The notes under the pieces are model-generated. The model was not told where the DNA came from and searched no databases. It worked only from the letters and a program-made list of their open reading frames with translations. Source: Paramecium tetraurelia (Eukaryota). From it: a DNA stretch of 64,000 nucleotides. The DNA is taken from NCBI GenBank assembly GCA_000165425.1, contig CT868652.1:124001-188000 (forward strand). The letters run 5' to 3'. Position numbers and translations under genes: made by a program. Of the stretch, positions 31,195 through 44,597 are shown piece after piece (positions within the stretch are counted from its first letter, which is position 1; each line of letters opens with the position of its first letter).

Positions 31195-31487
31195 TTATAT
31201 AATGTTTTAAATCGCATGTCATCATCCATAAAAATTAATAAAATTTTAATTTAGGGAAAATCATCAAATTACACCCATAATAAACACTAAAATAGCTGAA
31301 ATAGCAACCGCGCATTCGCAAATAGATCATATGTGCTTTTATGACTAGATAGATACAAATATTTAAAAGGGGCTTTATAAATTAGAATTATCTTATTATA
31401 TAAAAATAAAGATTTACTTGGAGCTTAGGAATATTAAAATGAAATATTTGTTTATATATACTTTAAATAAAAATAAATAATTAATTA

Positions 31488-32137
31488 ATGGAGCAACTCA
31501 ATAAACAAATCGAAGAGCAAGCAGATGAATAAGATATTGTTGAGGATTTAAACATTGAAGGAGTGAAAATCACAAAATTCACTGAGGAAATGGCTGCTCT
31601 CTTTACTAAACATCAATCGCTTCTAGGTTTGGCATTTGAAAAATGCGGATTGACAACACTAGAGGGATTCCCTAAATTGAAGAAATTATAAAATTTAGAG
31701 TTTTAAAACAATTCTTTAACAGGAACATCAATTAAATATATAGCAGATAATTTCAAAGAGTTGATCAACTTGAATTTATCATAAAATAATATTAAGTCAG
31801 TTGATGTAATCACAGTAAATATCATGATAGGATTTGAAACCCTTAGCTTCCCTAACCAAGCTAGAATCATTGGAGTTGAAGGATAACCCTTTGACCAAAG
31901 AAGCAGGATATCATAAAAAGGTGTTCCAACTTATCCCATCCCTCAAAGTGTTGGACAATAAAAATGAAAAGGGAGAGGAAGTCCTTGATGTAATATACTC
32001 TATTTATTGATTAGGATGAGGGTGACGATAATGATGATGATGATGATTTAGATGAGGATGATTCATTTGATGAAAGTGAAGAAGATGATGAAGAATCAGA
32101 GGAGCCAGCTAAGCCAGTCAAGAAAACAAAAAAATGA
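31488..32137 (+). CDS. ANP32-like acidic leucine-rich nuclear phosphoprotein
   Basis: CGLTTLEGFPKLKKL, LNLSQNNIKSVDDLKPL, LRR cap GYHKKVFQLIPSLKVLD, D/E-rich tail and basic C-terminal KPVKKTKK. Confidence 0.85.
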
Positions 32138-32181
32138 CATTTTGCCCCATTAAAACATATAAAATACCGCCAATAATCATT

Positions 32182-32678
32182 TCAATATCCCCATATATAC
32201 TCATCACCATTACTAAGCTATATATCCAATTCGTCACTAAGCTCATTCAAATAAGGATTCTATTTTGGATAATATAAATTTATTATACTAAAGCCAATCG
32301 GATTTCTAATTGCTATTCTCTATAGTCAAGACTCATCATCATTTACTCACTTGAAAGATTGGGAGTCTAAAAGTTGGCAAGCTGATTAACATTCCTCACA
32401 GGAATTTTATTCTTTTTATTTAATCTATTAAATATACTATATTCAAAGATTATAAAGCTTCTTATAATTAATGCGTTTAGATTTTGGTCGTATTTAATGT
32501 CATATTCATATCACATAAATTATGGATACACTACTTTGAATGGAACTCCATCCAATTTCTTAGTAAGGATAGACTCTTACCATATGCCCATATGTTACTC
32601 AATGTAATTTAATGAAGGAGAGGAATATTAATTGAACTCATATTACAATTGTGACTAATTTAAATGAGCAGTTTCCAT
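32182..32678 (-). CDS. Small hypothetical protein
   Basis: METAHLNQSQLQYEF...SNGDEYIWGY* can be assembled with three short GT..AG introns. One acceptor is atypical. Confidence 0.4.
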
Positions 32679-32921
32679 AAATTTGAGATATTAATAATTT
32701 TATTAAAAAATCCTGCATTCTGATTTTAAGATAATCCTAATACTATGTTATGAAGAATCATTAATTAGGATAGTAGTTATTCATAATAGAGAAATATAAA
32801 AAAATAGTAGACAGGGATTTGAATAATTGAAAAATTTCAATTAATTAAAAAGCATATATGAATAAAGATATTGAAGAGAACTTTAAATAAAAGTCAAGAT
32901 GATCTGAACTTATTATACATA

Positions 32922-34747
32922 TCAATATAGAGTAATCATATTTATCCTCTATTCTAATTTTAATTTTTATTCATCATCCTTTTAATCTTCTGGAATTGTA
33001 AAGATAAAATCTTGATTAATTTTATTTTTTTTGTTGCCTACTTTTTAAATCCAAATAAGATTCTTTATTTCTTACCTCTTGATATCATGAAATAGTTTCA
33101 GAACTGTAATCAAAGAAAAAAATTGCAGTGTTGATGATCCGTACAAATATATAAGTTGACCCACTGGATCTCTTATTAAATCAGTTACTAGGACAGTAAT
33201 ACTTAAGCCTCCAAATAGAATTTCAAAAAGAATTCCAAAATAAACTAATAATTGGATTTTAAATAAAATTTATCTGTCAATAGCTAAATTAGCAGATTTA
33301 TTATTATACTATTCCTAGTATTCATCAGACTGATAGTGAATTTACTGAGTCTTCTGGTCTTGAGAACTATTACTGATTTAACTTAATTTCTTATTTTCAT
33401 TTTGTTATTTTGATTTGAATAATGGAGTTGATTTCTCTTATTGTTTTCTCTTTTCAACAATTTGTTTGGTCTCTTTCACAGATTTAATTTATTATTTAAT
33501 CGTATCTTATTAGGTTACTCTATCATCATTATTTTCCCAATCTATACCATTTTATTAATCCTCTTATAAACAACAACTATTGATCTCACACACTTGTTAA
33601 TCTGCCTAATATTGGTTATCCACCTGATTTGAATCAGAATTGTTATCTTGATTTTTGATTTATTTTATTTCCTTTTAGCTTTCCTATCTAAAAAAAGATG
33701 AACCACGTACTCGTTTAATAAAAGTTCTAGCAAAGGATACCGATTTTATTTTAGTAACAGCTAATTTAGGTTTAACTTCTTCAATTTATTTGACTTCATT
33801 TTTCTAATCTTCAATACTCACTTATCTAGACATCCTGACATACTTATTCATGGATTCTGGAGACTTGCTAAAGCTATCATTTTAAGAAATTTATTCAATT
33901 TATTCATTATTTTACTTCTACTATTCAAGGAATTAGTGTTTGCAATTCTGAATTTATTTCTTAATACATTCCTGAAGAGATTGCCCATAAATCAAAAATT
34001 CAAGTATGAAAATAAAGAAATTGAACAATAGAAAAAGATAACAGAACATCAAAAATGCAGGATATTACACACCTTTCCTTAGTCCTAATTTTATAATATG
34101 AAAATCGATACCATTCATTGTACTGACTGTAATCTAAACTAAAAGGACTATAAACAGTCTTAACTTTAACACTTCTTTGTAATATTTGAAGATGTACTTC
34201 CTTTTCTCTTTGTTAGAATATACATTGTATGAGATTTCATCATACATTGTATACCAAACAATCAAGAGACACCCATAAATGTAAAATAATATTGTGTAAA
34301 CCACTTCTGATAACAATCTCTCTATTACGATCGTCTTCCCTTTCTAATATGCTTTAACCAACTTTCACTTACATAAACTTCAAAAGGATCGAGAATCAGC
34401 CAAATCAATTTGCAAAGAGATAATATTATCGTTAGGACAAGGATGTAATTCTAAGGTGACCCTATTAAAGCAAGGGCATATTGCAGACAACTACTATGAG
34501 TTCAGACTAATTACGTGTAATAGGCTGGTATCTTTGATGTCTTTAAAGAGACCTAAAATTATCGAATAGTTATAAAGAGAATAATCACAAAAGCAGCACA
34601 GTAAACACCTTAGAATGTATAATATGGACCAATGAAAATGTCCTATAAATTCTTCTAACACTCCTCCCCAAATGCACCAACATCGCAAAGGCATTCTCCA
34701 TCAATCACTATTCCTTTATCACAACATTCTATTTCGCATTATTACAT
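32922..34747 (-). CDS. EGF-like domain plus 7-TM receptor-like protein with a very long loop between TM5 and TM6
   Basis: N-terminus CEIECCDKGIVIDGECLCDVGAFGEEC, five hydrophobic helices (including KLIWLILDPF and LLIVWY), a hydrophilic loop of about 240 aa, then two more helices. Confidence 0.7.
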
Positions 34748-34870
34748 TATAAAATTATAAAGTAAAATAATTACAACTTCGATTAATATTGTGAGTAAAA
34801 ATTCATTATTAATAAGTTATTGATTTTCTCAGGAATCTTTATTTATAAAATCATAATTAATCTAAACTCA

Positions 34871-35500
34871 CATGTACATTTTCAATTTATTAAAAAGAGC
34901 ATGTAATGTAATTAGTATTACCCATAATCCGATAGTGGGGAGATTGTCTAAATCAAAGCAGTGAAGTTTGGAGAAAATCATATTAATTGAAATGAATAGT
35001 TGCTTTTAAAATGAGAAACCCGCTGAAGAGATCAATGATGGATAAATATAAACTTATAGAAACGATACTCATTAAAAATTGAAAGCAATTTAAAAAAGTT
35101 ATTTCAAATATTTATTAATGAATGATCTCACAACTAATTAGACAATCCTTAGCTAAGGAAATGTTGTCATAATCAGAAATCAAATAAAAATTACTGATGA
35201 GAATACAAGAAATGATAAAATAATAAAAAAGATGATTAGGATTTAAAAAGTTAAAGCAATTTATGTAAATTACCATATAATTAGAGAAGCCAAAGTAGAT
35301 GATGATCATTTAATGAGAATGTATCAATCTTCAAACAGAATTTAAGTCTAAACGAATTAATTTAATTAATAATATAAAAGACCCTTAAATGAAATTGCAA
35401 TTAATTAATAACATATCGAACGTTCTTGAATTAACTTCTTAAGTGAAGAGCTAAACAATTATAGAGGAAACTCAAATCTGGAATTGTGAGAATTGACGTT
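34871..35500 (+). pseudogene. Possible decayed gene or weak hypothetical CDS
   Basis: An ATG plus intron-like 5' end runs into TGA. The most protein-like frame (QLIRQSLAKEMLSQSEIKQKLLMRIQEM...) contains in-frame TGA codons. Confidence 0.3.
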
Positions 35501-35950
35501 TTTTGATTATGAACACAATATATTTGAATTTTAATTGATAAATTCATTAGAAAATAAAAAGGGATGTAAATGAAGTTCAGAGTCATAAAGAGAGCAGGAT
35601 TAAAGTTGAAAATTTTAAAATCAATAAATTATATTAAAATTAAATAATTGAGGTTTAGATAAGATGAGAACTAAGCTGAGTCATCTATGCTAATAATTTA
35701 ATTGAAAGGTAGATATATAATTATCACAATTTAATTATGATAAAATTTATTTTTTCTTTATAAGTTTGTAATTAGATTTGTATATTTTCAAAATAAAATA
35801 AGTATGTGATTTCCTGTGAGTGTTATGAATATGTGACCTGAAATTAATTAATTCAGATTACTAAATATAATTAGCAGTAAAAAAGGATGTTTAAATAGTG
35901 AAGAATTAATTAAATTTATATAAAAAAACCAAAAAGGCAAAGTTATAATT

Positions 35951-37052
35951 ATGAAGGAATATCGTCAAAGCTGGAATTAAGATGTAATTATTATAAATAA
36001 AATTTCAGGAGGATCAATAGCTATAAGAATTATACAAGGTTTATGGTGATAAATGGAAAAAGATTGCTGAGTTACTGCACTTAAGATAGAAATCTTAAGG
36101 AAAGATCAGAACTGCAGCCGCTTGTAGAGAGAGGTATCAAAATATTCTTAAACCTACTTTAAATAAAAATTTATGGACAAGAGAAGAGGAAGAAAAATTA
36201 TTTTCATTATAAAAACTCTATGGGAATTGCTGGACTAAAATTACAATAAAGATGCGAAATCGATCAGAACTAATTTGCAAAAACTATTTTTATGCAACCA
36301 TCAGGAGAGTACTGAGAAGATTGAGCAAGTAAGTCGGCATCTTAAAACGTAATAAAATTATTTTGTAATTTAGCTTCTCAAATGTTAAAATCTATAAAGC
36401 CCAGTGTCTTAATGAGCATATACTTGGAAGACAACTAAGAAACTCAGTTGGTTTTCAATTAGGAAGTACGCCTAAATTTAAAGTAATTGATCACTAAATA
36501 TTAATTTATACAAAAAGAAGAAAATATACCTTTAGATAATGAGGAAACAAAAAATATTAGACAATTGATTAGAGACTTAGTTGATGCTAAGTATAGATTA
36601 TTATATAAATTAGTATTTAGTATTTAGAGTTTAAAGGACGGTTTCAAATATAAAAAAAAAATAAACTGAATTTTTAGAGTAATAAAGAAGAATTACAAAA
36701 GGAGCAAGAAAATATAATAAAAAGAATTAGATTATAAGAAGATGTATTTGTAATGAAATATCCACATTCTCAAAATTAAATACAGAAAAAAGAGTAAACT
36801 CTTAAGGACAGCTCATGTAATGAAAATAAGGGTTTTAAAAACTTAATAGCAAATTAGAATTCTTAAATTCCTGAAAGTTATTTTTCAACGTAATAATACT
36901 TTAATCTCTAATAAACCTAAGCTTATTTCCAAACCTATATGGATTACTCTAAATATAATGCATAATATCAATTTGGAAATTACTTTGATCCCTACTCATA
37001 CTTTTATTATCAATAGACTCCTTACCAATTTCAATTGTAATAGAGAATTTGA
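35951..37052 (+). CDS. Two-repeat (R2R3-like) Myb transcription factor
   Basis: SWNQDEDQQLQELYKVYGDKWKKIA...RTAAACRERYQNILKPTLNKNLWTREEEEKLFSLQKLYGNCWTKI...RSELICKNYFY, followed by a Q/Y/N-rich tail. Confidence 0.88.
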
Positions 37053-37123
37053 TTTTTTGAAAAAATAACCTGAATACATATTTCAAACTTAATGTATTAA
37101 TTTAATATAAATATAATTTATAA

Positions 37124-40100
37124 TCATGATTCAACTTGAATTTAAACCTGCTCCTATTTTTGGTCCTTTTATTGCAGATCTTGTTTTGCGAATATGTTAA
37201 ATATCTACTCGATGGACGCTTGCTTGATAGAATATTAGGAAATAGTCAATTGTTATTTATTCTTTTCAAAAACTGAGAATAATTTGCCAGCTGAAATATT
37301 GGAAAGCAATCTAATCCTATAAAAGGTTTAGAAGTGCTCAATAATTTCATATTGACCAAGTTATTGCTAAATAAATTCTAATAGTTTTTTTCCATTCTAT
37401 TCTACAAGTACATACTCTGCCAAAGTTTCAACACTAATTCCGTGTCTATTTAAATCATTATACATATGTGACCCTGATTCTTTAGGTTGAATATAATTCA
37501 TTAATTAACCTTGATTAATCTTTTGTAAAGCACTGAGAGTGGCTGATTGATTGAGTTTTATGCCTTTACTTAATCCCATCTACTCAATGATTTGATCAAG
37601 GAGATTAACCTTTGGTTTCTACAATTTGATTTCAACCTCATATCCTTAGCCGTACTTATTCTTGACATGCTAGACAGATCCAAAACATCTCAAGTTGCCA
37701 TCGACTTGAATGGCAACTTTGGTTGAAAGTGCTTCTGCCTCTTCCATTGAATGAGTAGTCAAAATAATTGAGCTTTACTTTCTCTAAGTGGATATCCTTG
37801 ATATAACATTCCACATGAATCTTCTGGCCTCAGGATCCATACCTGTTGATGGTTCATCAAGAAATACAATGGGTGGATTACCTATCATAGCAATAGCCAC
37901 TGATAACTTTCTCTTATTACCTCCTGATAATTACCCAGCTTCTACAGACTCAAACCTCTTAAGATCCATTTCCACCATCTTTTTTTCAACCAATTCATGA
38001 AGGTGTAAATTAGAAATCCCCTTGATTTTGGCAAACAATTCTAAATGTTCTCGTACAGTAAGATTCTCTAATAAGGCATCAAATTAAGGACAATATCCAA
38101 TATTTTTTCTGGCATCTTGAATTTAATCAATAACACTATATCCAGATACATAGGCTACTCCTGAAGTTGGTTTTAATTCTCCAGATAATATTTTGAAAGT
38201 GGTAGTCTTGCCAGCTCCATTAACACCCAATAAACTAAAGACTTCTCCATTGCCAACTGAAAAGGAGATGTTGTCAACTGCTACTTTATGTTACTTCTTC
38301 TCTAACATAAAGACCTTTCTCAAATTTCTGACCAAAATTGCTTAATCTTAAGGTCTATAATTCTAGCAGAGTTATTATTCTTTCTCCACATCATCATCCA
38401 ATATTTTTGGATTGTATGGAATGGATGCCTCGTTAGATCCCAATTTTTACAATGAACCATTGTCTTCAAAGAATTCCAAAATAAACACTATAATCATATA
38501 TCCAACTCCACTGATTGCAAGCACAATTAAATCCTCACCTGCAACTCTCATTGCAAAAGTGTTAGGTGGAGTTATTGAATTCTCAAAAATCAATTCAAAG
38601 AATTGTTTTAAACTTGTCCTCAACAATCCTAATGCAAAGGAGAATGATGGAATTGGTCTAAAGACCCAAACCAAATAGGAAGCAGCATCTCTTGTAGAAT
38701 CAATAAGGAAGAATACGTAAATGACAATACTTATGATGGATCCAAATACAAGGTGAATGAAGAAGGAGGATAACAATGAGTTTCCTGGCACTTTGAAAAG
38801 GAAGCTTAAAGCATAGCTAAAGGGTATGATGGCCCATCCATAAAGAATAAAGAATAGAAAGACTGCTCCATAATTACCATCCAATATTAAAGCATCTATG
38901 TCAAAGGCCAACACCATTAGTGCACTTACAATTGCAGGTATCAAATGTTTGACTATATCTATTATCCAATTGCTTGCCCAATAAGCTAGGACTGAAACAC
39001 CAGAGACTAGTTACTAATGCTTAATATTGATTTCTCTTTCTTTTACTATAAATGAAATAATTGATGCGGGTATGAATGCAAAACCAATTGAAAATATAAA
39101 GGCTGATAGATATCCAGCAACTGATTAATCAATACTCTATTCATTTTGAGTTTGTGGGAATGGGTAAAAGGATACTTCAAGATTGGCTGAGGCGGTATTT
39201 GTAACCTTCCTTAAGATGGCTTAATTCATTTGATTTAAGAGAAGGGGTGAGCCTTGTACAAATACTGAATTCTGTAAAAACCAATAGGAGTAGGTAGAGC
39301 CAACAAATGAATTAAAGAAATACCATCCTGGACTTTCTCTTAATTCAAATTGATCGAAGTATTCTTAATCAGCTTATTCTAATTTGGATGATAATTTAGA
39401 AATTGTCCAATCATTGGGTGAAAAATATTACATCAAGTTCTAGCCAGCTTAATCTCCACCCCAAAACAATTATAACTTTAAGTCATCATATAAGCCTTAT
39501 GGTGTAATGATTGCCAACTCATCATCTTTCATCCACTTCACTGTCATAATAGCCAATCCAGAAATGACCACTAATATAGGTACAAAGATTTCACATACCA
39601 ATCCTCTTATATCCCTTCTGAAAATTCTAAATCTCTTCTACATCAATGCAAAGAGATGCAAAAAGAAAGTGGAACAGAATCCTTAAATTTTCTCAATGTT
39701 TAAGTCAACATTTTAATTAATCTCATCATTCTTTTCTTTATTTTATACATCATCAACTTATTCATGTCCAGCTCCTATTTTGGCCACCTTTAAAAACACT
39801 TCTTCTAAAGTAGTAATGCTGATTCCATAGGTTGCCACATGCAAAGTTTTCAAGTTCTTATCTAAATATTCAAACAAACTTGGGAACTTGTCGATTGAAT
39901 CAATTGGTAATTGCATAACTACTTCTGCAGACACATTAGATAGAACTGTGGCAGTGTTAATGTAAGTGATTATGCTGTCTATGATTTTTTAAGATTCAAC
40001 TTATGTGCTGTCTTTAACTAAAGTTAAATTATATCCAACTCCGAATCTATTCTTTAAGAATACACTGCTTCCAGAACATAGTAATTTACCCTCGCCCATT

Positions 40101-42391
40101 ATACCAATTCTATCTCCTAAGAAATCAGCTTCATCCATAAAATGAGTAGTTAGCACTATGATTCTATTGTCCTTGTAATTCTTTAACATTTCCCAAATAT
40201 ATCTTCTTGCACTTGTGTCCATTCCTGAAGTAGGCTCATCTAGATATACTAGTTTTGAATTTCCAATGAATGCAATAGCAACTGACAATCTTCTTTTTTA
40301 ACCACCTGATAGATTCTTACTGAGATAATCTGTTTTATCGGTCAAATCAACATCAGCTATTATTTTGGTTATTTAATCTTATATTTCACTAGATTTAATT
40401 CCTTTGAATTAAGCAAACAATTCTAAATGTTCTTTTACTGTCAGATTATCAAATAGAATATCATGTTAAGGACACACACCCATTATCTTTCTTAGTTCTT
40501 CTAATTAAGATTTCACATCATAACCATAAGCAATTACATCTCCTTTTGTAATTTCCAATAATCCTGTAAGCATAGAAATAGTTGAAGTCTTACCAGCACC
40601 ATTATGTCCTAATAATGCAAATATCTATCCTTAATACATTTACAAATTTAGGTTACTTACAGCCTATTTACCATTAGGATATGTTCTATGCAAACCTTTA
40701 ATGACGAGTGCTTCATTTTTTAATTCTTATTCTTTCAAAGCTTACTCAACTTCTTCAAATTTATCATCATGTGTATTCATTCTTTCCAATGACATTGATG
40801 AATGACTTACTCTATCCATTCTGTCCTTTTTCCAAATCCAATTAATGAAGAATAATGGATGTTTCTTAACTCCCCATTCGTTTGGAAATACTTAATCCAA
40901 ATATATGGCCAAGATCAAATATGCGATAATATTGATGACATGCCAAGTCCAAGCTATAGAAATACTGTAATTATTGATGGTAGTTGTCAAATTTGACCCA
41001 TCAAATCCATTGCCTTATGATTCCATTAGAGTGATAACACCAAATGAAAAGGCCAAAGAAGCTTGACTTGAAAAGGACACTCCCCAATATTAACTTCTAC
41101 TTGGAATAGCATTTGCAGGTACCAAGTTCAACATTAAAAACATTAGTAAATACCAAACAATTGAAACTATTAGTCCTGTTAAGGCTTATGAGAAAAACAC
41201 TGATAAAAAGAGTGATTACACTATTAGAACCAAGCAGAACAAGTAATAATTTAAGAATATAAACCCCCAACCAGATTCTACGAATATCATACTTTCTAAA
41301 AGTATATTAAATTATAACTTACTTAAAATAGCTGTTGCCAAGATTGAAATGATTCCATATATCAATAAATATTGGATTATCCATGACAAGTAAAATTAAG
41401 TGTTGCTCAATCCCATTATCTTCATTCCTTCTCTCAACTTCTTCTCTTTTTCATAAATAATCCCATGAGTCATTCTTAAAAATACAATCATCAAAGGCAA
41501 TGCCAGATAAATTCCATATGCTCCATTTACAAAATCTGGGAACTTATCTTCAATATGATCTCTTGATCTAACATGACTGAGAGTTGGTTCTATTGTGACA
41601 GATGAATCATATTATTGAATAATTAAATTATCAATCCAATTTTGAATAGTAAGAAATCCATTTTCGTAAAATAAGTAAGTGATTTCTTGATCCTCACTAA
41701 AAATATAGAAAGAATAATTACTATTTAAATGAATTAATCTTGTCCTTTCTATTCAATGGATATTCTATGTAATCTGTTGAATCAGAAGTGTTGAATCTTA
41801 AAGTGTAGCTAAAATCCTTCTAAAATACATCATCCCTCTCAAATATTATTGCTAGACAGAGTCCTTATGTATCTTATAACTTATTATATCCATCTGATCT
41901 CACATAGTCATCGACTTCATCATTATTTTAGAACCACTTCACATCATATCCATAATAATCAATAAAATAATTTGATAATTTCTAAGCCACTTCATTCTCT
42001 TTTGGTCCAATTCCTATTAATCCATTTCTGTAAGAAGCTCCTGAATAATCATGGTTATCAATGCAATTCCTAACATTAAAAACACGAATACTTCAATTAG
42101 GGCAGTGATTTCAGCAATTTTTCGGTGTCTTAATTTGGATTCTTGGAAAAACTGTTTAAATTTGGACTCAGAATTCGAGGCAAATCTGAATCATTGTATG
42201 CTTTTAAGTATGAAGTTTCAGGTATATCATCTATTTCAACTTGAGCTCTAATTTTATCATTAAATATGTTACCTGATTGTTAATAATAATCCGATGAAAA
42301 ACAAAGGAAGTATGATTTCACATACGGAACAACAACAATTCCTCTTCCACAATATATAGTTCTTTCTAAGTAAGGCTGTTAAGTGAGACAT
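37124..42391 (-). CDS. ABCA-family full transporter
   Basis: Starts [16 protein letters not shown] and contains [18 protein letters not shown]1 has [26 protein letters not shown] and [12 protein letters not shown]2 has [40 protein letters not shown] and [11 protein letters not shown]. Confidence 0.95.
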
Positions 42392-42929
42392 GATTTAGTA
42401 ATTTATTTAATGCAAATATCTGTATAATCAAACTCTTCTATGGGAGTATTCTATAAAAATTTCCCTTTTTTATGGAATAAATTAATTATTCATCAATACT
42501 AGTTTATTTATTTAAATAATAATGTGTAATAATATTAATTAATTTCTGAGTTAATAATATTTTTATATTTAATTTAATATCTTATAACTTTTAATCTGAC
42601 ACTTTATAGTACTTAATTTCAATTGAAATCTTCCTCCAATGTGTTGTTTATTTCCAACATTATATCAATTTCTAAGTGCTAGTATTATGTAAATTAAGAT
42701 TCTAAAGTGCTTGAGGAATTACTGATTATATCGACTCGTTTTCTCTTGTCAGGTACAATAATATAAACAAGATTGGAAGATTTGAATGTTTTAAATTTAA
42801 GAATATTATTCAATATTTACTAATATAATTGGGGGCAGTATTAAAAATTGAATATTTATTAAAGAAATGGGGGTTTATAAACTTGGTAACTCTTAACTAA
42901 ATTTGAATTTTTTATTTATTTTTTTTGAG

Positions 42930-43775
42930 ATGAGCACCAGAGACGAATTGCTTTATATGGCTAGACTCACAGAGTAAACTGAGAGATTCGAGGACATGGT
43001 TAACTACATCAAACAATTAGTTAGTGTAGGACAAGAATTGTCAGTAGAAGAGAGAAACTTGCTCTCTGTTGCTTACAAAAACAGCATTGGAGGAAGAAGA
43101 ACAGCTTGGAGAGTCCTTTCTAGCATTGAGAACAAGGAAGAAGGAAAGGTATAGAAATCTCACATTTTATTAATTCAAAAACTTGTCCCTTATATTAATT
43201 CATCTTTATTTGATTATTTTAGGCTCAAACCAATCCAGCAAGTCAAAGAAACCTCACCTTAATTAGATCTTATAAGAAAAAAATTGAATAAGAATTGAAT
43301 GGATTTTGCAATGATGTGCTCAACCTCATCGACACCTCACTCATCAGGACAGCTACTAATTCAGAAGCTAAAGTCTTCTATCACAAGATGAAGGGAGACT
43401 ATCACAGATATATCTCAGAATATTCAAGTGGAGATCAACATAAACAGGCTGCAGAAGGAGCATTAGAAGCTTACTCACAAGGCTTCAAATGTCGCCAACT
43501 CTGAGCTCAAAACCACAAATCCAATTAGATTAGGTCTTGCACTCAACTTCTCAGTTTTCTACTATGAAGTCTTGAATGACCCAACAAAGGCATGCAGCTT
43601 AGCTAAACAAGTATAAATTTTTCAAAATATCTTACAGGCTTTCGATGATGCCATCGCTGATATCGAGTAAATCGAAGAATCTTAATATAAGGATGCCACC
43701 ACAATTATGCAATTAATTAGAGACAACCTCACTCTTTGGACTTCTGAATTGGAAGATGAAGAAGGACCCAAATGA
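42930..43775 (+). CDS. 14-3-3 protein (carries a +1 frameshift as assembled, so possibly a pseudogene)
   Basis: [79 protein letters not shown]. Introns at 43149-43222 and 43611-43637. One extra base near 43478-43482. Confidence 0.92.
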
Positions 43776-43787
43776 TGGAGGTATATG

Positions 43788-43804
43788 ATATATATATATA
43801 TATA
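43788..43804. repeat. (TA)n microsatellite just 3' of the 14-3-3 gene
   Basis: atatatatatatatata visible directly. Confidence 0.8.
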
Positions 43805-44597
43805 AATATAAAAAAATATAAACACACATCATTAAGTCCCTAACTTTCAACCCTCAGGGTAGAAATTCAATGAATCATAACTAAATTTTTGTTTAGTAAA
43901 TTAAAATTAGTTATATATTTTTAATAAATTTTATATAATATATCAATTTATTAAGAACTAATTGAGTCACACTATCCTAAAATAGAAAATGCTTTAATAT
44001 AAGCATTTTAAATCTTAGGATTGAATAAAAGATCTTATAAATCCAGCTAATTTCAAGGTTTAGAGCATAAAGCATTATTAATTTAAAGCCTAAGTATATT
44101 TATCCTTGCAAAAGATACTTTAAGCTACTTTGTCAAAAGATAGTTAAAATTAATGAAATGTTTATTCAAATGATAAACTTATTTTTAATATTATGAAGTA
44201 AATAATTAAATAATGCAATCTGAGGATATCATCATTATTTTACAAAGTTAGATCAATTACAAGTTATATATAACTTTATAATGCTTGATACGGAAAAAGA
44301 TATAAGTTAGAGTTTTATAAATTTAACTTGACTTCATTCTTAATTTAATGAAAATTAAAATTCTAAGAAGAAAAATGTCGTTAATGATGTAAGCATAAAA
44401 AAACTCTATTATAAATTAATAATGCCATAAAAATTCATCTAGTTTTTATTTCGTTATTTATCTTGTACATAACTTATTTAGGTCAATTAAATTCAATTCT
44501 TTATCTTTTAATATATTATTAATATAAGAATATTATCATAAATAAAATAAATAAAATATAATATCTAATAAATAGATATATATATTAATGTAAAAAA

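Noticed and set aside
43149..43222. Intronic box C/D snoRNA in the long 14-3-3 intron
   Set aside because: No 5' RTGATGA or 3' CTGA box and no terminal stem.
43472..43504. Programmed +1 ribosomal frameshifting in 14-3-3
   Set aside because: There is no slippery AAA-stop motif, and that mechanism is established for Euplotes, not Paramecium.
43845..43865. Small hairpin TTTCAACCC-TCA-GGGTAGAAA downstream of 14-3-3
   Set aside because: Only about 8 bp with a mismatch. It lacks SECIS features and could arise by chance.
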